A stretch of DNA of 36,878 nt, from assembly GCA_041946805.1 (NCBI GenBank), contig JBHGBC010000053.1:1-36878 (forward strand), written 5' to 3'. The DNA is from a bacterium (GTDB lineage Bacteria; Hinthialibacterota; Hinthialibacteria; Hinthialibacterales; Hinthialibacteraceae). Shown piece by piece: positions 29,959 through 36,878 of this stretch. The translations under genes were made by a program, and so were the position numbers. A model generated the notes under the pieces. That model was not told the origin of the DNA. It saw only the letters and a list, made by a program, of their open reading frames with translations, and did no database searches. Within the stretch, counting starts at the first letter, position 1. Each line of letters begins with the position of its first letter.

Positions 29959-30312
29959 ATGGTTTCTATTTTCGACGATTCTGCAGTATTTAAAGAGAAT
30001 GTGTTTTTGCGTGAAGTCGATGCTGCTCGGATTATTGGCTTTTCTGTGCGCACCGTTCAGCAGTGGCGTTTTCAGCACATAGGTCCCCCATTTCATAGAA
30101 TTTCCCGCCGGGCAGTTCGATACCTGTTGAGCGACCTGATCGCCTGGATGAGGAGCCAGGATCGAATTGCTTTCGCTTCCAGCCCCGAACAACCTAAAGG
30201 ATTTAATCCTGCCCCCGCGTCCCCGGCCCCCGGAGACCCGGCCATCAATGCTCCGGCGGTCCCGGTGAAACGGCCGCGTGGCCGACCCCGGAAAACACCG
30301 GTGACCGGGTAA
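29959..30312 (+). CDS. Second AlpA/excisionase-like HTH protein with C-terminal AT-hook
   Basis: AAGGA RBS with ATG 29959; 'LREVDAARIIGFSVRTVQQWRFQHIGPPFHRISRRAVRYLLSDLIAW'; tail 'KRPRGRPRK'. Confidence 0.82.
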   Translation: MVSIFDDSAVFKENVFLREVDAARIIGFSVRTVQQWRFQHIGPPFHRISRRAVRYLLSDLIAWMRSQDRIAFASSPEQPKGFNPAPASPAPGDPAINAPAVPVKRPRGRPRKTPVTG

Positions 30313-30324
30313 GGCAGGATCACC

Positions 30325-30498
30325 ATGAATTTTCTATCCCTGTTCGAAGATGTGCTATTTCTCACTGGCCTTGGCCTCGTGGCCGCCGGCGCGTGGATGT
30401 TATCCCCGGCGGCCTCCTGCATTTTCTTCGGCGCGGCGGCCGTGGCGGCGGCGATGGGGATGACCTGGCGGAAGGGAAGGAACCAAAGTGAAAAATGA
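30325..30498 (+). CDS. 57-aa two-TM membrane peptide (below the ORF-track cutoff)
   Basis: MNFLSLFEDVLFLTGLGLVAAGAWMLSPAASCIFFGAAAVAAAMGMTWRKGRNQSEK; CAGGA RBS, 12 nt after the upstream stop. Confidence 0.7.
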   Translation: MNFLSLFEDVLFLTGLGLVAAGAWMLSPAASCIFFGAAAVAAAMGMTWRKGRNQSEK

Positions 30499-30681
30499 TG
30501 TAGCGTGTTACGTATTTTTCGCATTGCCGATGTGCAGCTTTTCTAACACGCGCGCCTGGCGGCGGTGGCGGCGGAAGGTTCGCAGCCAGCGCGCGGCACT
30601 GAATTACAATTTTTTTTAACTTAATAAATTACACATTGTATTATTTAGGAAACCAGAGTTAAATATAGTAATTAAGAGGAC

Positions 30682-30708
30682 AAAAAAAACAGCCGGCAGC
30701 AGGCCGGC
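30682..30708 (-). terminator. Intrinsic terminator for the leftward transcript
   Basis: Minus strand GCCGGC-CTGCT-GCCGGC then TG and T8. Confidence 0.55.
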
Positions 30709-30733
30709 GGAAGTGGGAAAAATCTATCCAGGA

Positions 30734-30771
30734 TTGACATGTATTATACACAAAATATAATCGCATGTCAA
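30734..30771. promoter_or_regulatory. Overlapping divergent consensus sigma70 promoters
   Basis: Plus: TTGACA (30734-39) N16 TATAAT (30756-61). Minus: TTGACA (30771-66) N17 TATAAT (30748-43). Confidence 0.75.
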
Positions 30772-30834
30772 TATCTTATTAAGTATTTCCACGCTTCCGC
30801 CTTTCCGCCGCCCGCTAAAATGTGAGGCACTGAT

Positions 30835-33800
30835 ATGCACTGGCGCAATGTCTCCTCTTCTCATCCTTGTGCAATTTGTGAACGCCCGGATTGGTGCGCC
30901 TATTCCGATGACGGCCGATGGGCTATCTGTCGGCGCGAGGCGCGTCCGGATGGCATCCACAAACTAGATAAAAACGGTTCCGATCTATGGGTTTACGATT
31001 TAGATCCCCGCGCCGGACATGTCCCGTATCCTGTTATTGATGCCGACATATTAAAACCGAATGGTAAACAATCAGCCCGGCGCGCCGATCCCGACTTGCT
31101 CAATCGCGTCTACCGGAATTTGTTGCAGGCATTGACATTGACTGACGCGCATCGGGAGGATTTGCACCGGCGCGGCCTGTCCGACGATGAGATTTTCCGG
31201 CGCGGCTATAAATCCTGGCCGGAACGCGGCCGATCAAAAATCTGCGAACCGCTGCGCGGAAAATACGGAAGCGATCTCCTACGGGTCCCGGGATTCTATC
31301 AGAAGAAGGATGAGGCCAAGGGATCGGAATGGATTTCCTTGACTGGCTATGCCGGACTGTGCATACCCGTGCGGGATCCGCAAAAGCGCATCATCGCGCT
31401 GCGCGTCCGGCTGGACGACCCGGAACAAATCAAGAAGGGGGGAAAATACCGCTGGGTAAGCAGTACTCATCATGATGGAACGGGGCCCGGCGCGCCAATT
31501 CATATTCCGGGATGGGATGGCGATCCCCACGGATTGCCGGTAATTCGCGTGACGGAAGGGGAATTAAAAGCCGATATTGCCACTGCGCTGAGCAAGATTT
31601 TGACATTATCCATTCCCGGCGCCGGAAACTGGGAACCAATCCTGCCTCTCCTAAAGGAACTACAACCGGCGGCTGTGCGCCTGGCCTATGACGCGGATGC
31701 GCCAAAAAACCGTTACGTGGCCTCCGCCTTGCACGATCTCGCGCAGACCCTGATCCATAACGGGATCGCCGTGGAACTGGAAATCTGGGACCCCGCACTT
31801 GGCAAGGGAATCGACGATGTGCTCGCCGCCGGCGGGATATTGACTGTGCTTTCAGGAAATGAAGCAATGGATAAAATTATCGCTATTTATGAGGACGCCA
31901 AATGCGCCGATCCCCCGCCACATGAGCGCGTATTGGCCGCCGCCCGGGAACGGATCGGCGACCTGACTACACGGCTGGATGATCCGCAATTTTTGGCCGA
32001 TGAAGACAATATCCAGGCCCTGGCGGTGATCCGCCGATACGCCGCTAGTCAATGGTTGCTGGAAATTAAAAAGATTTTGATGAAACATGGGATTTTCCGC
32101 GAAGTCAACGGAATGATTGATGAATATGAAAAAAAGGTGGCCGCCGCGGCCAGGGAACAACGGCGATCAGCGGATTCCGGCGGGGATCACGATCCCCTTT
32201 CTATGGAAGCGGAAGAAAAAAAGAAGGAAGCCGATGAATTGATCCAACTCGCCGGCGCGGATGAGTTTTTCCATGATGAAAATCTCCATGCATATGTTAC
32301 ATTTAAAATAAACGATCACAGGGAAACGCACAAAATCACTTCAACAAAATATAAAGACATTCTCATGTGCCGCTATTCCGAAACGTACAAAAAAGTACCC
32401 CACGCCGAGGCGATGACTAATGCAATTACCCTGCTGGGAGCACAAGCGCGGATTAAAAAACCGCTTGACAGCATTCACCTGCGAATCGCTGGAATCGACA
32501 ACAAATTATATATAGACCTCGGCGGCGCGGCGTGGGACTGCATTGAGGTTACTTCAGCTGGATGGACTGTGCTAAAGGATCCACCAGTCCGTTTTATCCG
32601 CAAGCCGGAGATGCTCCCCCTCCCGTATCCTGCGCAAGGCCCGGCCGGCGCGTTGCGGCCATTCATTAACACGAAAAATAAAGGTGATTATTTGCTCATT
32701 CTCGCGTGGCTAATCGCCTGCCTTCATCCCACCGGACCATATCCCGCCTTAATTTTGTACGGCCCCCAGGGTTCCGCAAAATCCACCACCGCGCGATTCA
32801 TTCGCGCGTTGGTCGACCCCGACAAAGATTCATTGCGCGCCGCTCCACGCGAGGAATTGGATTTAGCCATTGCCGCGAGCAAAAATTGGGTAATTTCCTT
32901 CGACAATTTATCCTTTATCCCACATTGGCTATCTGATGTTTTCTGCAGGCTATCAACCGGCGGGAGTTTCGGCAAGCGAACTTTGTATAGTGATGGCGAG
33001 GAATCAATCTTCCGATTCAAGCGACCCCTCATTCTCAACTCCATTGTCGACATTGTGGATAAGGCGGACCTCCTCGATCGTTGTTTTACCGTGAATCTTG
33101 ATCCTATTCTCGAGGAAAGCCGTCAAGATGAGAAGACTCTTTGGCACAAATTTGAAAAAAATCGACCGTTTATCATCGCCGAAATTTTGAATGGGGTCTC
33201 CAGCGCGCTGCGGAACATTGATCGGGTTCGCTTAGACCGGGTTCCGCGGATGGCCGACGCGGCTCTCTGGATCGCCGCCGCCGCCGAAGGCCTGGGAATT
33301 CCCGTGGAAGATTTTCTGAATGCTTACGCGCAAAACCGGGCGGACGCGATCGATCTCAATCTCCAGAATGACCCGCTCGCCACGGCGCTCATCGCTTTTA
33401 TGAAATTCCATGGGGAAGAATGGAACGGCACCGCTACGGAACTCTTGATCGAACTCGAAAATCCGGTGTTGGAGTTTGTCTCTGAGAAAATTAAAAAAAC
33501 CAAACTATGGCCAGGTGCTCCTCATATCTTATCGCGGCAGCTGAAGCGGCTCGAAAGTTCCCTGCGTGAAAAAGGTATCGAAATTATACGTAAACGGGAC
33601 AAGGGCGAAATCAGAAAAATTTTTATATTCTTTTATTCCCGTGGTGAAGGTATGAAGAGTAGCGTCGGTGGCGACGGTAGCGTCGGTAATACCTATCAAC
33701 TCACGAAAAATCAAAGACTTAACGAACCGACGCTACTAACTGAATCTTCCGACGCTACCAACGCTTCCGGCATTTCCAACAATCCCGCAACACCATTAGC

Positions 33801-33942
33801 GTCGGGAATACAAGTATTTAAGAATCAAGACGTTATCGACATTCCCGACGCTACCGACACTACCGACGCCACTTTACACACCCTCATGGAATGCGAAAAA
33901 AACGAAAAAGATCCCAGCACCGGCACCGAGGAGGAATTCTGA
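30835..33942 (+). CDS. Primase-helicase-like replication protein: Zn finger, Toprim (DUF3854-like) and P-loop ATPase
   Basis: 'CAICERPDWC..WAICRR'; Toprim 'VTEGELKADIA', 'LAYDAD', 'KGIDD'; Walker A 'YGPQGSAKST', 'ISFDNLS', 'KRTLYSDGEE', 'DLLDRC', 'PRMAD'. Confidence 0.85.
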   Translation: MHWRNVSSSHPCAICERPDWCAYSDDGRWAICRREARPDGIHKLDKNGSDLWVYDLDPRAGHVPYPVIDADILKPNGKQSARRADPDLLNRVYRNLLQALTLTDAHREDLHRRGLSDDEIFRRGYKSWPERGRSKICEPLRGKYGSDLLRVPGFYQKKDEAKGSEWISLTGYAGLCIPVRDPQKRIIALRVRLDDPEQIKKGGKYRWVSSTHHDGTGPGAPIHIPGWDGDPHGLPVIRVTEGELKADIATALSKILTLSIPGAGNWEPILPLLKELQPAAVRLAYDADAPKNRYVASALHDLAQTLIHNGIAVELEIWDPALGKGIDDVLAAGGILTVLSGNEAMDKIIAIYEDAKCADPPPHERVLAAARERIGDLTTRLDDPQFLADEDNIQALAVIRRYAASQWLLEIKKILMKHGIFREVNGMIDEYEKKVAAAAREQRRSADSGGDHDPLSMEAEEKKKEADELIQLAGADEFFHDENLHAYVTFKINDHRETHKITSTKYKDILMCRYSETYKKVPHAEAMTNAITLLGAQARIKKPLDSIHLRIAGIDNKLYIDLGGAAWDCIEVTSAGWTVLKDPPVRFIRKPEMLPLPYPAQGPAGALRPFINTKNKGDYLLILAWLIACLHPTGPYPALILYGPQGSAKSTTARFIRALVDPDKDSLRAAPREELDLAIAASKNWVISFDNLSFIPHWLSDVFCRLSTGGSFGKRTLYSDGEESIFRFKRPLILNSIVDIVDKADLLDRCFTVNLDPILEESRQDEKTLWHKFEKNRPFIIAEILNGVSSALRNIDRVRLDRVPRMADAALWIAAAAEGLGIPVEDFLNAYAQNRADAIDLNLQNDPLATALIAFMKFHGEEWNGTATELLIELENPVLEFVSEKIKKTKLWPGAPHILSRQLKRLESSLREKGIEIIRKRDKGEIRKIFIFFYSRGEGMKSSVGGDGSVGNTYQLTKNQRLNEPTLLTESSDATNASGISNNPATPLASGIQVFKNQDVIDIPDATDTTDATLHTLMECEKNEKDPSTGTEEEF
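33659..33872. repeat. Iteron-like 9-mers (GTAGCGTCG / CGACGCTAC) with two IHF consensus sites; putative replication origin
   Basis: Ten exact or near copies in both orientations, plus AATCAAAGACTTA (33709-21) and AATCAAGACGTTA (33823-35). Confidence 0.7.
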
Positions 33943-35087
33943 TGGCTGACCCGGCCCCCGACCCCCAGATTTCGGCGTTCATCGACGGCCTGCGCCGGCG
34001 CGGCTTTACCCTCCGAAGCGCGGATGGGAAACTCATGGTTTCTAACCCCACCGTTTCACTATCCGAAGATGAACGCTTGTTCATCAGAACCCATAAGATG
34101 GATATCCTGGAAACCATCTCGCGGGATGACCATATATATAAGGTATCGGATGAAGCTGGCGGAGATACCGGAATCCCAGCCGCGAATTCATCCTCCACCG
34201 GGGACCTGAATGCCGAATCAACTCTTCCGCCGGCTGAAATTGGCCATGTTCCGGTTCAGCCTTCCCCAAAAAAATTGAACCTGAGCCACGCACGGCCGTC
34301 CGCCGCGGCGGTCCCTGTCCCGGAAAATTCCTCCACCGTCCCGGTGAATACCCCGCCAGCCCCCGGTGAATCCATCGCCGCCTCCCCAGGACCGGCCGGC
34401 ATTGCATGGCGTTCCGCAATCCCCCGGGATGTCATGGTGCATTGCATTGAGAAGGAAATGATCACCTGGACCCCCGAACACCGGCAGGCTTGCCAGGATG
34501 AACTCCAGCGGATTGTGGCCTTTCGCCGCGCGCGCGGCCTGCCGGTGGATCCCCCCGTGATCCCGGTTTCACAACTCGCCAAAGATCCCGGTTCCCATGC
34601 GGCCGCCGACCCCAATCCCGATTTATCCCCCGGTCCCGTCCTCGATGTCATCCTCCGCCGGGTGGCCGTCTGGCCGCCGGCCGTCCAGGAACGCTTTCGA
34701 TCCTTGGCTCGCGCGTATCAGCACCCCGACCGCGGCTTCGGCGTCAAGGTCCGCGCGCTCAGTCCCACGGCGGCGGCGCGGAAGGCGCATAACGAAATCG
34801 TGATTTTTTGCTTGAATCAGGAACCCGCGAAGATCCTCGATGGAATCCAGGCCGAACCACCGGCCAGGGACCAGGACACGGATAATGCTTCCAGTCTTTC
34901 CAATACCAACCCCCTGTTCAACGAAACCCAAGGCGGGAATTCCCGCGGACCATCCCGGCCGGATCGGACACCGGCCGCGGACGGCGCCGCCTTCAATGGG
35001 AATCCCCGCCAGACCGCCGGACCAGCTATTGCGCCAGGCGCGCCGGACTTCCCATTATTGCGGGACACCGCACTGAACGGATCGTGA
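33942..35087 (+). CDS. Hypothetical protein with TubC-N-docking-like N-terminus and Pro-rich linkers
   Basis: ATG 33942 overlaps the primase TGA, with GAGGAGG RBS; 'FIDGLRRRGFTLRSADGKL...IRTHKMDILETI'. Confidence 0.6.
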   Translation: MADPAPDPQISAFIDGLRRRGFTLRSADGKLMVSNPTVSLSEDERLFIRTHKMDILETISRDDHIYKVSDEAGGDTGIPAANSSSTGDLNAESTLPPAEIGHVPVQPSPKKLNLSHARPSAAAVPVPENSSTVPVNTPPAPGESIAASPGPAGIAWRSAIPRDVMVHCIEKEMITWTPEHRQACQDELQRIVAFRRARGLPVDPPVIPVSQLAKDPGSHAAADPNPDLSPGPVLDVILRRVAVWPPAVQERFRSLARAYQHPDRGFGVKVRALSPTAAARKAHNEIVIFCLNQEPAKILDGIQAEPPARDQDTDNASSLSNTNPLFNETQGGNSRGPSRPDRTPAADGAAFNGNPRQTAGPAIAPGAPDFPLLRDTALNGS

Positions 35088-35138
35088 ACAAGGGAATCCC
35101 GCGCCGCGCGCGGGGAAGGAAATAGGAAGGAACCCACA

Positions 35139-35258
35139 ATGTCCATGCAGAAAAAAACCTTAGATTTAATCGAAGCGGCGCACGCCATCCTGGAGGAATC
35201 GAATCCCATGACCGTCCGGCAGCTTCACTACCAGTTATTTTCGAAGCATGTTTCAAAA
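35139..35258 (+). pseudogene. 5' fragment of a gene interrupted by IS1634 (winged-helix-like start as in Topo VI-A/Toprim-like mobile-element proteins)
   Basis: GGAAGG RBS; MSMQKKTLDLIEAAHAILEESNPMTVRQLHYQLFSKH then runs into the IS terminal repeat. Confidence 0.55.
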
Positions 35259-36878
35259 CGCAATTTACCCCACCTATTTTTCCATAACTTCATCGGAATC
35301 AATTGGATAACATAGTTGCAGGCCCTGCGGGAGTTCCTGAAGCGGGGCTGTCCCCCGGAAGGGGTTTCCGCGCTACAGACAACCGCCTCGTGCGAGTACG
35401 GCGCGGTGGCCGCGGTTCTCCAGGTGGCGCAAGCCCTGGGCCTCGGACGCCTATTGTATTCCCGCCGGGAGGAGTGGGTGTGCTACGCGCTGGCGATGAT
35501 CGTCGGCCGGGTGGTGTATCAAGGCTCTAAACTTTCCCTGACCCACCGGTGGCGCGACACCCGCCTGTGGCCGCTGTGCGGCGTGGAGGCCACCCCGCCG
35601 GACGTGGATGCCGTTTATGCGGCCCTGGACCGGCTGGTGGCGCGGCAGCCGGCGATCCAACGGGAGTTGGCGCGGCGGCATTTGGGGGAAGGCTGCGTGG
35701 TCTTGTACGACGTGACCAGCTCGTATTTCGAGGGCGAGCACCGGGGAAGCACTTTGGTGGATTTCGGCCACAACCGGGACGGCAAGCGGGGGCACAAACA
35801 GGTCGTCATCGGCCTGCTGGCCGATCCCCGGGGCTGCCCGGTGGGGGTGTCGGTGTACCGGGGGAACACCAGCGATCAGAAGACCCTGGCGGACCGCGTG
35901 ACCGAGTTGAAGGAAGAATACGGCCTGCGGGACGTGGTGATGGTGGGCGACCGGGGGATGTTGACGAGCGCCCGCTTGGCGGAGTTGAGCGCGGCGGGAC
36001 TGCGCAGCGTCACCGCCCTGACCCACCCGCAAATGCTGCAATTGCTTCAACGCCGGGTGATCCAGCCCAGCCGGTTCGACGAGCGGGAGATCGCCGAGAT
36101 CTACGATCCGGAGACCCCCGCCCTGCGCTATTTGCTGTGCCGCAATCCGGTCACGGCGGCTCAGGAAGGCGAAACCCGGCGGGCCTTGCTGGCCAAAACC
36201 CGGGAGGAATTGCAGCGGATCGCCGCCGGCCGCCGGAAATCCAGTGACGCGGCGGTGGGGGCGGCGGTGGGGAAGGTCCTGGCGCATTGGAAAATGGGAA
36301 AATTCATCGCCTGGAGCGTGTACGAGGGCCGATTGGCGTGGCAGGTGGACGAAGCCCGGGTGAGCCAGGAGGAGGCGCTGGACGGCTGCTACGTGATCCG
36401 CACCGACGTGGCCGCGCCGGAGATGGACAAGAACCAGGCGGTGGCCTGTTACCGGAGCCTGGCGCGGGTGGAACGGGCCTTCCGCTCGCTCAAGACGGTG
36501 CGCCTGGAGATCCGCCCGGTGTATCATCACCTGGACCGGCGTATCGAAGCTCACGTATTTCTGTGTATGCTGGCGTATTACGTGGAATGGCACATGCGGC
36601 AGCGGTTGGCGCCGTTATTCGCGGCCGATGAGCAGGGCAAGGAACGCCGCTGGACGTTTGCCGGGGTGCTGGAACGGCTCCAATCCATTCGTGAAGAAAC
36701 CGGGGTGATGCAGGGCCATGAGGTCTCCTGGATCACCACTCCCGATGAAGAACAACAACAGATTCTTGATCTGTTGGAGGTCCAATGGTAGAAATGTAGC
36801 CACGCATGTGAAATCCAAAATCCAACTTGATCAACTGAGTTATAAGGGGTTATTAAAAAAATTACGGGGTAAGTTGCG
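35259..36878 (+). mobile_element. IS1634-family insertion sequence (internally deleted at the 5' end)
   Basis: Terminal inverted repeats CGCAATTTACCCC (35259-71) and GGGGTAAGTTGCG (36866-78), 12/13 match, flanking the transposase. Confidence 0.85.
35316..36791 (+). CDS. IS1634-family DDE transposase, probably N-terminally truncated
   Basis: 'LYDVTSSYFEG', 'FGHNRDGKRGHKQVVIGLL', 'VGDRGM', 'DGCYVIRT', 'YRSLARVERAFRSLK', 'RPVYH..RIEAHVFLCMLAY'. Begins at TTG directly after a TAG with no RBS. Confidence 0.88.
   Translation: MQALREFLKRGCPPEGVSALQTTASCEYGAVAAVLQVAQALGLGRLLYSRREEWVCYALAMIVGRVVYQGSKLSLTHRWRDTRLWPLCGVEATPPDVDAVYAALDRLVARQPAIQRELARRHLGEGCVVLYDVTSSYFEGEHRGSTLVDFGHNRDGKRGHKQVVIGLLADPRGCPVGVSVYRGNTSDQKTLADRVTELKEEYGLRDVVMVGDRGMLTSARLAELSAAGLRSVTALTHPQMLQLLQRRVIQPSRFDEREIAEIYDPETPALRYLLCRNPVTAAQEGETRRALLAKTREELQRIAAGRRKSSDAAVGAAVGKVLAHWKMGKFIAWSVYEGRLAWQVDEARVSQEEALDGCYVIRTDVAAPEMDKNQAVACYRSLARVERAFRSLKTVRLEIRPVYHHLDRRIEAHVFLCMLAYYVEWHMRQRLAPLFAADEQGKERRWTFAGVLERLQSIREETGVMQGHEVSWITTPDEEQQQILDLLEVQW

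Larger units (their letters stand above)
23560..36878 (+). mobile_element. Integrated phage-satellite/PICI-like element (left boundary approximate; right end beyond the window)
   Basis: Strand switch and AT-richer composition after 23545. Integrase, two AlpA-like HTH genes, P27 terS, cos-like site and primase-helicase are present; no TerL, portal, capsid or tail genes in the window. Confidence 0.8.

Noticed and set aside
35139..36791. Amber read-through fusing the interrupted gene to the transposase (same frame, single TAG at 35313-35315)
   Set aside because: Frame coincidence has a one-in-three chance, the junction passes through the IS terminal repeat, and other genes in the window use TAG as a normal stop.

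Overview
GC-rich bacterial window with two parts. DnaK carries the diderm-type insert. (1) Positions 1-23545 are host genes, all on the minus strand: a MoxR/DUF58/VWA (Bat-type) operon that also contains a GT2 glycosyltransferase and a TPR-PpiC foldase; an FmdB-type Zn-ribbon gene; grpE-dnaK behind a clear sigma54 promoter with an IHF site and palindromic upstream sites; a stand-alone IMP-cyclohydrolase half of PurH; two hypothetical/TPR genes; a GH78 alpha-L-rhamnosidase; and two Tat-signal Gfo/Idh/MocA oxidoreductases. Several REP-like repeat families fill the intergenic gaps. (2) From about 23560 to the window end is a plus-strand integrated element that looks like a phage satellite (PICI-like). 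It carries a tyrosine integrase with arm-type repeats, two AlpA/Xis-like HTH genes (one with an AT-hook), an AbiTii/HEPN-like defence candidate directly before an HK97-like cos region and a P27-family small terminase, an unannotated two-TM peptide, overlapping divergent consensus promoters with a predicted ~55-nt RNA, and a Zn-finger/Toprim/ATPase primase-helicase whose 3' end holds an iteron plus IHF array. An N-terminally truncated IS1634 interrupts the last gene and runs to the window edge. No tRNA, rRNA or CRISPR array was seen. All family calls come from motif recognition by eye, not from database searches.
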